From assembly GCA_963743635.1 (NCBI GenBank), contig CAVUQO010000002.1, forward strand, positions 416,001 through 480,000: DNA of 64,000 bases, read 5' to 3'. Below are positions 30,347 to 40,610 of the stretch, one piece after another (position 1 is the stretch's first letter; every line of letters begins with the position of its first letter). A model generated the notes under the pieces. The model had not been told where the DNA came from, made no database searches, and was given only the letters and a program-made list of their open reading frames with translations. The position numbers and the translations under genes were made by a program. This stretch comes from Candidatus Babeliales bacterium. Lineage in GTDB: Bacteria > Babelota > Babeliae > Babelales > Vermiphilaceae.

Positions 30347-31732
30347 ATGAATGTACAAAAATCTCTCATCGCACTCAGTATCCAATTGCTCATTTCATGG
30401 TCAGCGCTTGATGCCGCACCATTTGTGTATGTTGCCAATGACGGTAGCTCGTCATTCTCGGTCATTGATGAAGCAAACGAAAATGCTATTGCAGGATCGC
30501 CTTTTGCGGTGCCTGATTATGCCAATCTCGTTGCGGTTGCCATATCACCCGATAATAGTACCGCATATATGATCGATCAAGCTAATGGTACGTTAATTGC
30601 CATTGATATCGCGAGCAATAACATTCTCAGCACTACGAGTTTGAATCTTATGCCTATTATATGTCAGTCGCATTTTATGATTACGCCATATGCAAGCGCT
30701 ATCGCCATCAATGGCAGTACTGCATATATAGGGATATCGGGAAGTAATAACGGGCAACTATACCTTATGCCCGTTGATATTTCAGATCCATCAGCGCCTA
30801 TTTTGGGAACACCTATTCTTCTCCTTCAGTCTGGCATACCTACGAATTGTGTAACATTTCAAATTAATGACATTGTTATTTACAACAATATTGCCTACAT
30901 AACGAGTTCGGATCCGTTGCATGGTTACGAGTATGCTTATGATTACCTATATGGCCACGCTGACCCCATTCTGAATACTATTAATCTTACAACCTTGGCT
31001 CAAAACTATCTTGGGTTGCCTTCTTCAGATCCAATTGGTATTGCCATTGCCAGCAATATGAATACTGCGTACGTGGTCTACAGTGATCTTGATAGTGTAC
31101 AAGCGATTGATCTTGCGACCCTCACGTTCGTAGGAAATCAAATTCCCGTCGACATAAGCCCTACGGGCATTGCAATCACCTCTGATAATCATTATGCATA
31201 TGTGGCAAATAGTGGTAATAACGATGTAAGCGTTATTGACCTTACCTTGGCTACACCGAGCGTAGTAGCAACCATTCCAATAGGAAATAGTCCATCAATG
31301 AGTGGGCAAAGCATTATATTCTCCGCCGATAATAAAACGGCATATGTGGCATGTAATAGTCAAGGCATTGTTCCCATTGATGTAGCAACACAATCAGTTG
31401 GTGCGCCTATACTGGCGGGAGGAGATGCTGCATATGCTCTTGCAACAACGTTGACGTATGCTCCGAGTGCCGCGACCGGCGTTCGCAGATGCAATGTGTT
31501 TCTCCTTCAGACAGCGCGCATCTTAACGATCACGTGGAGTGCAAGTATTACTCCTGGTGTAACCTCATATAATATTTATAACGGCACCACGCTCGTGGGA
31601 ACGGTGCCCGCAACATGCCCACTCACCTTTAATGCACTCATTCCGAACTGCGATACTGGCAACAACTTTTTCGTGAGTGCGGTGAGCGCATTCGGCGGAG
31701 AAAGTGCATTGACGCCAGTGGTGGTTCAATAA
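30347..31732 (+). CDS. Secreted YVTN/YncE-type beta-propeller with C-terminal FN3-like domain
   Basis: VYVAN, AISPD..AY, GIAITSD..AYVANS; NVFLLQTARILTITW. Confidence 0.85.
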   Translation: MNVQKSLIALSIQLLISWSALDAAPFVYVANDGSSSFSVIDEANENAIAGSPFAVPDYANLVAVAISPDNSTAYMIDQANGTLIAIDIASNNILSTTSLNLMPIICQSHFMITPYASAIAINGSTAYIGISGSNNGQLYLMPVDISDPSAPILGTPILLLQSGIPTNCVTFQINDIVIYNNIAYITSSDPLHGYEYAYDYLYGHADPILNTINLTTLAQNYLGLPSSDPIGIAIASNMNTAYVVYSDLDSVQAIDLATLTFVGNQIPVDISPTGIAITSDNHYAYVANSGNNDVSVIDLTLATPSVVATIPIGNSPSMSGQSIIFSADNKTAYVACNSQGIVPIDVATQSVGAPILAGGDAAYALATTLTYAPSAATGVRRCNVFLLQTARILTITWSASITPGVTSYNIYNGTTLVGTVPATCPLTFNALIPNCDTGNNFFVSAVSAFGGESALTPVVVQ

Positions 31733-31931
31733 TCCGCCGCTTTCGTAACATACGCGGGCCAGATTATCCCTATGATCTGGCCCGCAGTGTATCACGCAAT
31801 AGTGCTGAGCGCGGAGGCGGACTCTTTCGTGGCTACGCCATTTTATCGATTAAATCGACATATCATTGAAATTGAGCCAACCAACCTGATAGTATACCGC
31901 TAGGGATTACGATATTAGGACGGGGGGTTCT

Positions 31932-32957
31932 ATGAACAATAAAAGGGGTTTGATTCTGCTGTGTGCAGGCATAGGAATGATGAGTTATAAAGCGTGGGGT
32001 ATGGCAGAGCAAGCGCTTGCCGTTACAAAACCAAGACTCACGGTTATTGCGATTCCTGGTTTAGATGGTGGCGGCAGTAGTGATGAATATCTACAATCAT
32101 CGCTTCCCGATTATGACTTGAATATTAAACGTATCGAGACGCCGATCGAAGAATCTGATTTGGGCCAATCGCGTTGTATCAATTTTGTGCACGAGCAATT
32201 AAGAAAATTCTTAGAAAATACAGACACGCAGGATGGCGTTGTGCTCCATGCGACGTCACAAGGTGCAGCTACCGTACTCAATGGGATGCCAGAATGGATG
32301 CATGAAGACTGGTTTTCGCGCGTGAAATTTATTTTTTTTGAAGGGCCATTTGCCACCGGTAACCGCGGCATTGTGCATACGCTTCGCGGGCCGAAAGCGG
32401 GCACGTTTGGACCGTTAATTCATTTGCCTTATTCAGAAACGTGGGCGCCGTATGTTGCGATTCCGGTACGCTTTTGGGATTACTGTCCATCGCGGCAGCA
32501 GGTGATTAAATCAGTATCACGCCTTCCGAAAGTGCCGATGGCTTTTATCCACGGTGGCGGAGATGTGCGCGTGCCACCCGAAGATTCCCGCGCAATCTAT
32601 CATGGTGTGAGGTTATATGGCAATAATGATGCGTATTCGATACAAGAAGAAAATGCACCGCATACGCATGTGCTTGAAAATGCACCGCATGGTCCTGCTC
32701 TCATACAGACACTCGTGCAAAAATATACCAAGGTGAAACCGATATCGAATGCACCAACCGTTGATTTAACGCCGTACCAACCCGACCACACAGGTTTTGC
32801 GCGCAGTTATCACGATATTCTTGAAGAGGCATATATGCATGAACGCATTGCGCCATCGATGTACGCGGCGGCCGCCGTAGTCGCCGTTTATGCAACGTAT
32901 CAGGGGACGAGTTATTTAATGAGACTCGCGAAAAAACTGGCCAACCCTTCGTCATAG
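31932..32957 (+). CDS. Secreted alpha/beta hydrolase with C-terminal TM
   Basis: IPGL oxyanion motif, HATSQG nucleophile elbow, HGGGD..VP, later His. Confidence 0.75.
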   Translation: MNNKRGLILLCAGIGMMSYKAWGMAEQALAVTKPRLTVIAIPGLDGGGSSDEYLQSSLPDYDLNIKRIETPIEESDLGQSRCINFVHEQLRKFLENTDTQDGVVLHATSQGAATVLNGMPEWMHEDWFSRVKFIFFEGPFATGNRGIVHTLRGPKAGTFGPLIHLPYSETWAPYVAIPVRFWDYCPSRQQVIKSVSRLPKVPMAFIHGGGDVRVPPEDSRAIYHGVRLYGNNDAYSIQEENAPHTHVLENAPHGPALIQTLVQKYTKVKPISNAPTVDLTPYQPDHTGFARSYHDILEEAYMHERIAPSMYAAAAVVAVYATYQGTSYLMRLAKKLANPSS

Positions 32958-33061
32958 CGAACTGAAATTAATCAAAACCCGAAAATCATTTCCTTCCCGC
33001 GAATCGCTCTGCTAATCTGCGTGATGATAATTATGAACTATATTCATAAAGAAGGGTCGCC

Positions 33062-34159
33062 ATGAATATCAGAATGCTGCTTTCGATAACGATTATTACA
33101 TCACCATATTTTGCGCATACAATGGCGCACCCAAATGTTGTTTCCATTGCTCATCAGCCTCTTACGGTATATGAGGTGGGCGGTATAGCGCGTGACGATT
33201 ATGTGAGATTGATGGTGGATGATGGTTGGAGTATTGATGATGAAGGTGATGGTTCTGAGCGAGTTAATATTGAGAGAGTGGGCACAAAAGCGGCTGATTT
33301 GGGGCAGCTCAATGGTACTTTATTGGATATTGCAATAGAGATGGATCCCAGAGATCCGCAATCCGATATAGTGTTATATGGGACTGGTGCTGGTGCTGCA
33401 ACAGCGATTAATTATGTAGCTATGGCTGAATCGATTGGGGCCGCTTCCGAACGCATTAAAGCCTTGATCTTGGAGTCTTCGTTTGCAAGCGGTAACAGTG
33501 CCATCGATTGTATAGTGAAAAATATACCGAATCGTTGGATGCCGCACACCTATTATACAACTCCCTATTTGACTGCGCAGGGCGCGGAATCTTGCTATGA
33601 TCCAGCCGCAGAACAACCAATCAAGTCGATAGCAAAAATCCCCAATGACATGCTGGTGATTCTCGCCCATTCAAAAGAGAATCCATGGCATGCATATGAG
33701 GATAGTTGCGCACTCTATTATGGCCTGCGCGCACAAGGGAACCCAAACGCCTATCTCATAACCAAAGAGGGTGAGGCGCGTGAGGAAATTTTGCATGGCA
33801 CAATCGAGGCGCCATTCATCAAAAATATGCTCAAAAAACATAAAATTATTCCGGGAAAGTATGATGCAACGATGGACGTCAGTCCGTACCAGCCCGACCA
33901 TAAGCAATTTGAAAAACTCTATAAAACATTACTCGCGAAAGAGAAAATGCATGAAACGTTGGGACATGGTGTGACAGTAGTGAAAGAGGGTGCGGCAGTA
34001 GTGAGGCAGGGGGCAGCTGACATTGCGGCAATAATGAATCGTCCGGAAATCAGGGATAACCTGATAATGCCCGTCGCGCTCATGGCAGCAGGCTCGGCGA
34101 TTGTATATGCGGGGCAGGTGGTAAGGGACATGGTTGGCGAGCGGGGGCATAATTATTAA
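33062..34159 (+). CDS. Secreted alpha/beta hydrolase paralog lacking the catalytic Ser
   Basis: Aligns with 31932 (DLGQ, E..FA.GN, EDS.A.Y.G.R..GN..AY, PYQPDH) but the elbow reads YGTGAG. Confidence 0.72.
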   Translation: MNIRMLLSITIITSPYFAHTMAHPNVVSIAHQPLTVYEVGGIARDDYVRLMVDDGWSIDDEGDGSERVNIERVGTKAADLGQLNGTLLDIAIEMDPRDPQSDIVLYGTGAGAATAINYVAMAESIGAASERIKALILESSFASGNSAIDCIVKNIPNRWMPHTYYTTPYLTAQGAESCYDPAAEQPIKSIAKIPNDMLVILAHSKENPWHAYEDSCALYYGLRAQGNPNAYLITKEGEAREEILHGTIEAPFIKNMLKKHKIIPGKYDATMDVSPYQPDHKQFEKLYKTLLAKEKMHETLGHGVTVVKEGAAVVRQGAADIAAIMNRPEIRDNLIMPVALMAAGSAIVYAGQVVRDMVGERGHNY

Positions 34160-34168
34160 TGCTTAATA

Positions 34169-34915
34169 TTATTGTTTTTCAAGAATTATTTTTCTTATCT
34201 CGATGATTTCTCGAAACTCTTCAGGATCATTTTTTTGTCCACATTCATCATCTAGCAGTTGTAGGGCATGAATTAAAGGGAAATTCTGCTGCGGGATGCC
34301 TCCATCAGATTTCTTACGCAATTCTTTCATGAAGTTTTCTAAGATAATGACCTTTTCTGGTGCTATTCCCTCAAGCACATCTCTAAGGTTACTCATAGTA
34401 TCAAGAACGCTATTAATTATTGATGTGGCTAAAGTACGGTGTCGGTCTTTGAGAGATGTGGTTAGTGATCTAAGAGATGCGACTGCCTTAGAAAGTGCAG
34501 CCAGGTTAGCCTCTTTTTTCTGGTTAACAAAAAATCTTGTTAATAATCGCTTAGATTCATCTGGTACCTTATCACTTGTCAAAACAAGACCGAGATTTTT
34601 AAAATCGGCTCTTTCAATGCGATTAATCATTTCAACTAAAGCTTTTAATATACCTTCGAGAGAACTTTTGTAGATACAAAAGAATATCAATAACGCCACA
34701 GGCCAATTAGTTTTTTCAAGAACATCTAGAATAAATTGTGCTATATGTAAAATAATTTTCCCACATAGAGATCTATTGGTCCAATACAAGAATGACATTA
34801 TCACAATGCTACATAGCAGAAATAGGCATTTAGTGTTTGTAATACACTCTATGTTTTTCTGCAAAGAGTTTTTTTGATCTAACATATTTTTATTGTGACA
34901 GCTTAGATTGCACAT
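34169..34915 (-). CDS. AT-rich hypothetical membrane protein
   Basis: 248 aa, two N-terminal TM segments; visibly lower GC than neighbours. Confidence 0.6.
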   Translation of the reverse strand: MCNLSCHNKNMLDQKNSLQKNIECITNTKCLFLLCSIVIMSFLYWTNRSLCGKIILHIAQFILDVLEKTNWPVALLIFFCIYKSSLEGILKALVEMINRIERADFKNLGLVLTSDKVPDESKRLLTRFFVNQKKEANLAALSKAVASLRSLTTSLKDRHRTLATSIINSVLDTMSNLRDVLEGIAPEKVIILENFMKELRKKSDGGIPQQNFPLIHALQLLDDECGQKNDPEEFREIIEIRKIILEKQ

Positions 34916-34927
34916 ATTTTATCCTGA

Positions 34928-35266
34928 TTAGTTATCAAAAAGATCACCCATGACTGCGCCATTGGCGTAGAATAGTTTGCCTTTTTTTAAATCATCAAGA
35001 AGACGTAGTGCAGTAGGAGTACCTATTCGCTTTAGGTAAATCGAGTACTGATGAAGCGATTCTTTTTTTGTTGGCGGGTAACAGTTAGGTACGTGCATAT
35101 TGCAGTCGATGCCGATACAGGCCCACACAAGTAGATTGTATTCTACGGGATTTACCTTTGATGATTTAGGCAGTGAATATACGAGCCGAGTAACTGGATC
35201 ATATGTCATTCTTGCTACAGATAATGTTGCAGAACAGGTTAGTAAAAGTATTAATAATTTTTTCAT
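34928..35266 (-). CDS. Small secreted protein (YDP..YSLP family)
   Basis: Signal peptide; homologous to 44380-44673. Confidence 0.78.
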   Translation of the reverse strand: MKKLLILLLTCSATLSVARMTYDPVTRLVYSLPKSSKVNPVEYNLLVWACIGIDCNMHVPNCYPPTKKESLHQYSIYLKRIGTPTALRLLDDLKKGKLFYANGAVMGDLFDN

Positions 35267-35296
35267 ATGCCCCCTAAGACAAGTTATTGATTGTAA

Positions 35297-35686
35297 TTAC
35301 CGATATCTTATTTCTTGAATGTTATGTGCAGCAGCTTCCCAGTCGCCAGCTTTGCCCCATTTCACCAGTTTATTTTCGTGGAAATAAAGCCAGTACACTT
35401 CGCCCACATAGTAAGGGTCCAAGGCACTAGAGAATTGTGTTCTTTCAACAATATATTCCCATACTTCAACCACTTGACCAGAGTCACTGGTCATGGATCC
35501 GCGTAATATATCGGGAGAGCCTATGCGATCTAGGACCTGTCCTTTATCCATACCGACGGATATGGTCATAAGACCTTTTGGTTTGAGTCGTCGGGTCATG
35601 AATGTTCTCATTGGATGTCCGCATCCGCTCAATAAAAAGAGAGCGGGTATGGCCAGCGCCAGGATTATTGTATTTTTTCTTTTCAT
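35297..35686 (-). CDS. Lipoprotein with SmpA/BamE-like domain
   Basis: Lipobox LLSGC; GMDKGQV..IGSP..EVWEY..LYF.ENKL..WG. Confidence 0.75.
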   Translation of the reverse strand: MKRKNTIILALAIPALFLLSGCGHPMRTFMTRRLKPKGLMTISVGMDKGQVLDRIGSPDILRGSMTSDSGQVVEVWEYIVERTQFSSALDPYYVGEVYWLYFHENKLVKWGKAGDWEAAAHNIQEIRYR

Positions 35687-35712
35687 AAAATTCCCTGATA
35701 ATGAATTATTTT

Positions 35713-36948
35713 TTAAAAACAAATGAGGCATTCCTTGTCTGTCATTGCCTTAATTTTCTTATTCCTATTGCGTGTTTCTTTATCCTTTGCCGTTGCCAAG
35801 AGTGGCACTGCTTGCTGTGTGCAATCGGGGAGTTGGTATGCAGTGCGTAGATCAGCGGGCGTTGGTTGTGTGCGTGCGAATGAATCCGCGCCGGCAGCTG
35901 CTTTTGCGGCATTGTGCGGCAGATTATACTGCTTATAAAATGCGTGGACGGTTGATTCATAGAGCTCTTTATCGGCAGCGTTATCAAGCATGTAACACGG
36001 ATGCGATGAATGCTGCAGTACGAGCAGATGCACATTGCGGTGACCGCGTTCTTTGAGTCTGTTATACAGATAGAAGGTGCATTGTGGTGGCACGATCCAA
36101 TCTTGCAGTGACGTCACAAAGAGAAGCGGAATATCATCGGTAATCAGTTCTGCATAATCGCGCGGTGAAAGGCTGTTCTTTTTATAGCTGCGCATGACAA
36201 ACGAAAGCATGCCAGAGAGACGTTTTTCGGTTGATCGTTCTTTATTGCTGCAAATGCAATGTTTAATGAGATGCGGAATATCATCAAATGCGCCTTCAAG
36301 GACGGCTGCTTTTACGGATCCCGGTTTTTCGGTTGCAATAAAGTTGAAGATCGTTGATGCGCCGCGAGAATCGCCGTAAAGTACGATGTCCGTATCAGGA
36401 TAACGTTCGCAGTGTTGCAGGTACGTTGCGTGCAAGGCGTTAATATCATGTTTTTGCGCGATGTTTGCTTTGCTGAAATTGAAACTATAGTTGGCGATGG
36501 TGTGCGGTGAATCGGGATTATCGATCACTTCGATGCCATATTTTTCACCAAACAATTTTTTGGCGAGGGGGAATATATCTTGGCGCACGCGATTGCTGAA
36601 GGCTTTGATCGGGTTCATCGTAAAGCCGCGCGGTTTGTTCAAATCGATTTCGGGGAATGTAACGGCAGTGTGCGGTTGACCAATGACGTGACCGCCCATT
36701 TTCCAACTCACTTTTTCGCCCGTAGCGGACGACGTAAACTGCGGGCAATAACGCCCCATAATGATTTCGCTGCCAAGTAAACCGGGCGCGTACAAGTAAG
36801 AGACGCTGCGCTTTTGCGGCGCAACGTCAAAAAATGCGGAATTCTTAATCATGGTGATGGGTGTTTGTGGTGGTGTTTTCATGGTTTTCCGTGCACACCC
36901 GCTTGCCATAAGCAGAACGATCAGAACTACTGGTTTTGCGTAACGCAC
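35713..36948 (-). CDS. Alpha/beta hydrolase lipoprotein
   Basis: Lipobox MASGC; APGL, YGDSRG, LEGAF, D.IVP, H. Confidence 0.8.
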   Translation of the reverse strand: MRYAKPVVLIVLLMASGCARKTMKTPPQTPITMIKNSAFFDVAPQKRSVSYLYAPGLLGSEIIMGRYCPQFTSSATGEKVSWKMGGHVIGQPHTAVTFPEIDLNKPRGFTMNPIKAFSNRVRQDIFPLAKKLFGEKYGIEVIDNPDSPHTIANYSFNFSKANIAQKHDINALHATYLQHCERYPDTDIVLYGDSRGASTIFNFIATEKPGSVKAAVLEGAFDDIPHLIKHCICSNKERSTEKRLSGMLSFVMRSYKKNSLSPRDYAELITDDIPLLFVTSLQDWIVPPQCTFYLYNRLKERGHRNVHLLVLQHSSHPCYMLDNAADKELYESTVHAFYKQYNLPHNAAKAAAGADSFARTQPTPADLRTAYQLPDCTQQAVPLLATAKDKETRNRNKKIKAMTDKECLICF

Positions 36949-37160
36949 GATAACTTCCTGGGTTGAGGGTATTAATCTGTTCTTTGAGTCTTTATGACAA
37001 AAGAGTATTTATAGGTGTTTTTATAATATTATCTCTCTGTATTTTAGCGTAGCAGGTTATATTTTTTCCACAAACGCCCCTATTGATAGGCTGTTTTTAG
37101 GTGTGCGGTGCCCGTTAGGCCTGTGGATGAGGGGCCATGTAAGGGGCATATGTTGTGTTT

Positions 37161-37298
37161 CCGTTACCCATTCGAGACGTTCTTCGTCGCGTTTCACTTG
37201 TCTCAGAACCCTCAGGGCGAACGGAAAATGATATTCTTTCCCCGTTCGCCCTGAGGGTTTTTCATGAGTGAAGCGAATGAAAAATGTCTCGAATGGGT
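37161..37298. repeat. Family B REP doublet
   Basis: ACCCATTCGAGAC..CTCAGGGCGAACGG / CCGTTCGCCCTGAG..TCTCGAATGGGT; closely resembles 10338-10459. Confidence 0.8.
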
Positions 37299-37399
37299 GC
37301 GGGGAATGCAACAACTTGGATTTCAGAATTCGGTCTATTTAAATTTTTATGATTTTATGGTCTACTGTAATGAAAACTATGTCATTAAGTGAGTGAATT

Positions 37400-37561
37400 A
37401 TGTCCAAAAAAATGAATACCAATAAGCCTACCGTTCAAGAATGCCCTTTCGACCATACGCCGAATGAGGTAACCAAGAAAGCACTTGAAGGCGTAAAAGC
37501 CAGAAAAGGCTTAAAAAAGGCAGCAACCGTAGAAGCGCTGTTTGAAGCCTTAAGAGAATAA
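37400..37561 (+). CDS. 53 aa protein resembling a RelB/DinJ antitoxin C-terminus
   Basis: HTPNEVTKKALE....KGL....VEALFEAL; not in the ORF track. Confidence 0.5.
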   Translation: MSKKMNTNKPTVQECPFDHTPNEVTKKALEGVKARKGLKKAATVEALFEALRE

Positions 37562-37598
37562 GACATTACGTTAAAAGTTCATAAAAAAAGGAAAGAGT

Positions 37599-37934
37599 AT
37601 GTCACTCGTTAATATCATTCAAGACGATTTTTTAGCATTCTTCGATAAGGCAGAAGTGATCGATGTGCAGGCAGGCGTGGTGGAATATAGCCTCACATCG
37701 CCCGACGGGCTGATAAGCACCGTATATATCGATCCCCGCACGGACTTAGTAAGCCTGAGCGTGGCCTCACAAGCCGGACCTGGCATGAACGCCGTGCTTT
37801 ATAACATTACGAGTATTAAATGCATTCGCGGCGAGCAGGTTAAATTCTATTTCTACCAAGGATCTCGGCCAGAACCAATAGCGGAAATGATGGTCCAGCC
37901 AACGATATTTACGACGGTTGATGTGCAGTCATAA
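37599..37934 (+). CDS. Hypothetical beta-rich protein
   Basis: AAGGA RBS; 111 aa. Confidence 0.65.
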   Translation: MSLVNIIQDDFLAFFDKAEVIDVQAGVVEYSLTSPDGLISTVYIDPRTDLVSLSVASQAGPGMNAVLYNITSIKCIRGEQVKFYFYQGSRPEPIAEMMVQPTIFTTVDVQS

Positions 37935-37957
37935 TGCGCTGCAAATCATAGAAAAGC

Positions 37958-38470
37958 AAAACGCAAACTTGATGTAAGAATGTAATGAACAATGCTTTCT
38001 TATAAACAAAATATACATCTCCGTTCGTGCTGAGTGTTATGAGTCGAAGACGAATAATGTGGCGAAGTATGAGGAGTAAGAGGATGTTCAATATCTAAAA
38101 TGAAGCACTCAACGGATTGAAACCCGTTGTATCGCACAGAAGTAATTGGACCCAGGCTTACGTCTACGCTTTCAGCTACGTCGCACACAGTCGCTAATAC
38201 TTCGACGTATCCGAAGAAGCCCATAGGGCGAAGACGGAAGTATTACCTCAGGAAGGTGTTTTGCTTCGTCGAATTCTATTCGCTTTCATACACACGCTGA
38301 AGCACGTGGAATTCCGCGAAATAGAATAAATTTGTTTATCCCTTATACTTCGCCACATTTCGCTCCCTAAGGAGCGAAACACTCAGTACGAACGGGAATG
38401 GAAAGACTCGTTTTTTGAGATATTTACCTTCAGCTTTTGGTATGTATCCTTAGGCCTAGTTCGCGTTTAA
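37958..38470. mobile_element. Family B composite element containing an inserted family A element
   Basis: 37991-38400 matches the reverse complement of 62292-62502 except for the family A insert; terminal motifs at both ends. Confidence 0.75.
38102..38327 (+). mobile_element. Family A element copy 3, carrying two 32-33 bp insertions
   Basis: Aligns with 6185-6349 apart from inserts at 38159-38190 and 38206-38238. Confidence 0.8.
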
Positions 38471-38531
38471 AAAAGCAAAAACGCCTCGAGCATTGTCGAG
38501 GCGTTTTTTGGTATAGTATTGTTTATGCAAC

Positions 38532-38852
38532 TTAGTTATGCTTACTCAGTTTCTCATTGATGTAGTCATTGAGACTGATGCCCTTTTTGGTAGCTTCGAA
38601 AACAAGTAAGGCGTGCAGATCTGGTGACATTCTCAAATTCAATTTGCCTGAATATGTCTTCTCAGGTTTTTCGCCGCGTTTTTTACACCATTTGAGATAA
38701 TCATCGACCGAATCTTTGAAAGCTGTTTCGATTTCTTTGACGTTTGTCCCTTGAAAAGTAATGACGTCCTTGAGTCCAATTACTTCGCCATGGAAAATTT
38801 TTGCTTCATCATCGTATGCTACTTGTCCTATATATCCCTTATATTTCATCAT
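38532..38852 (-). CDS. hicB: HicB-family antitoxin
   Basis: MKYKGY..IFHGEVIGLKDVITFQG..DSVDDYL..SGKLNLR..LH. Confidence 0.92.
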   Translation of the reverse strand: MMKYKGYIGQVAYDDEAKIFHGEVIGLKDVITFQGTNVKEIETAFKDSVDDYLKWCKKRGEKPEKTYSGKLNLRMSPDLHALLVFEATKKGISLNDYINEKLSKHN

Positions 38853-39102
38853 GATTGATCCCTGTATTTATTAAAAATTTACGTACTGATATGAGCGCTC
38901 CCTTATCAGTAACCCTTTTTGGATGAGGTCTATGAAAAACTGCCCTTACCCCATTTAACTCAACGCGTACTCGTGAACCATTGCCCTCTTCAAGCTCTCC
39001 CCCAAAACCTTTGAAGAGTGTTTCAATGTCCGCCCATCGTACATTCGATGGTGCGGGGATCTTAAAAATAAGAGCAAGCGTTTTTCGTTGTTTGGCATTC
39101 AT
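38839..39102 (-). CDS. hicA: HicA-family toxin
   Basis: WADIE..EGNGSRV..VFHRPHP; overlaps hicB. Confidence 0.92.
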   Translation of the reverse strand: MNAKQRKTLALIFKIPAPSNVRWADIETLFKGFGGELEEGNGSRVRVELNGVRAVFHRPHPKRVTDKGALISVRKFLINTGINHDEI

Positions 39103-39295
39103 AAAACCCTCTTCATTTCAACTACTGTACTAATAGTACCGAATTGTGGTACTAAAGTAAAGAACTCGCATTGATTATGCGGATTCATTGATTATTTATG
39201 CAATAGTTGATGTGCAGTCGTAATGCACTGCAAATCATAGAAAAGCAAAACGCCTCGAGCATTGTCGAGGCGTTTTTTTAGTTTTAATGTGCGAT

Positions 39296-40222
39296 TCACG
39301 CAACCGTATTACTGAAATAGCGATTCTCAATCACGGAACAAATGCTGTTCATGCATGAGGAAAGCAGAGATGTATCATCATCGGATGAGCCGCCGCCAGC
39401 GCTAAAGAATTGTGAGAACGGACTTGGTTTTGGCGCTTTCACCCATTCGATTTCGCCTTCGATAAGCGCCTTATCTTTGATCACTCTGACTGCCGTGTAA
39501 GCCGATCCGATTTCATCGATGAGGCCCAGTTCTTTTGCTTGTTTGCCGGTAAAGATTCTGCCGTTGGCCCATGTATCTTTCGCGTTGAGTGAGAGTTTGC
39601 GGCGGTTGGCGACTGCTTGCGCGAACGTATCATACGAATCATTCAAGACGCCTTGGAGCATTGCTTGCCCTTCTGGGTTTGCATCGGTGAATGGATCGAT
39701 ACAGTTTTTATAGGCGCCGGCATAGATCGGTTTATAACCAATCTTGTATTGGGCCAAAAATTCACCGAGATGCACGAAAGCGATATTCGAGAACGTTGCC
39801 CCGATGCTGCCGACCAACGAGGTTGCAGGGGCGATAATGTAATCGGATCCGCATGCTATATAGTAGCCGCCGGATGCGCAGACATTCTCAACCAGGGTGA
39901 CGACCGGTTTTTTAGGAAGGTCGGTTGCCTCTTTGAGTGCCATGAGTTCGTTAAAGACGGCTTCACCGCTTCCTGCAGCGCCGCCGGGGCTATCCATTTT
40001 GATTAGGATGGCTTTAATGGCCGGATCTTTGAAGTATTTGTCCAGTTGGTGGGTATAGAATTCTGAGTTGCTGATCTCGCCTTGGATCGAAATGACCCCA
40101 ACTTTGGTCCGCGGCTTGATGATTTGACCGTATTGTTTGCGTAAACCGTCCAATAAGGTGGGTAAAATTTGTAAAATAATGAGAAAGAAGAAAATGTTTT
40201 TGAAATAGTCGAAAAGCTTCAT
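39296..40222 (-). CDS. sppA: Signal peptide peptidase SppA (S49)
   Basis: DSPGG, CASGGYYIA, GSIG, G.YK, GRIFTG.QA..GLIDEIG. Confidence 0.92.
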   Translation of the reverse strand: MKLFDYFKNIFFFLIILQILPTLLDGLRKQYGQIIKPRTKVGVISIQGEISNSEFYTHQLDKYFKDPAIKAILIKMDSPGGAAGSGEAVFNELMALKEATDLPKKPVVTLVENVCASGGYYIACGSDYIIAPATSLVGSIGATFSNIAFVHLGEFLAQYKIGYKPIYAGAYKNCIDPFTDANPEGQAMLQGVLNDSYDTFAQAVANRRKLSLNAKDTWANGRIFTGKQAKELGLIDEIGSAYTAVRVIKDKALIEGEIEWVKAPKPSPFSQFFSAGGGSSDDDTSLLSSCMNSICSVIENRYFSNTVA

Positions 40223-40376
40223 CTGTAGGCCCTTTTGGTTGGTTGTGGGGGTGGTAAATTCGATTGGTTATCTAAAAGAGTATACAAAAATAGTGATGAA
40301 TGTAAGATTTTATGCAGAAGATTTTTGACTTTCTCACTGATTTAATTTACAATTTTGATCGTTCAGTAAACGTATT

Positions 40377-40452
40377 GGGCGGTTAGCTCAGTTGGTAGAG
40401 CACCAGTCTTACAAACTGGTGGTCGCAGGTTCGAATCCTGCACCGCCCACCA
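40377..40452 (+). tRNA. tRNA-Val(TAC)
   Basis: GGGCGGT acceptor, CCAGT-CTTACAA-ACTGG, GGTTCGAATCC, ACCA end. Confidence 0.95.
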
Positions 40453-40610
40453 GTCATTTTTCAATCCTCTTTAGCTGAGAGTTTTCTTCGCAGCGGATAA
40501 ACTACGCCTGGCAGGCCTGCCCCTCGCAGGGAAGAGCCCAATACGAATAATATGGAATAAAATCTTAGACATTTAGAAATCAAGTCCGTTAAGGACGAAA
40601 AAAGTTGAGT

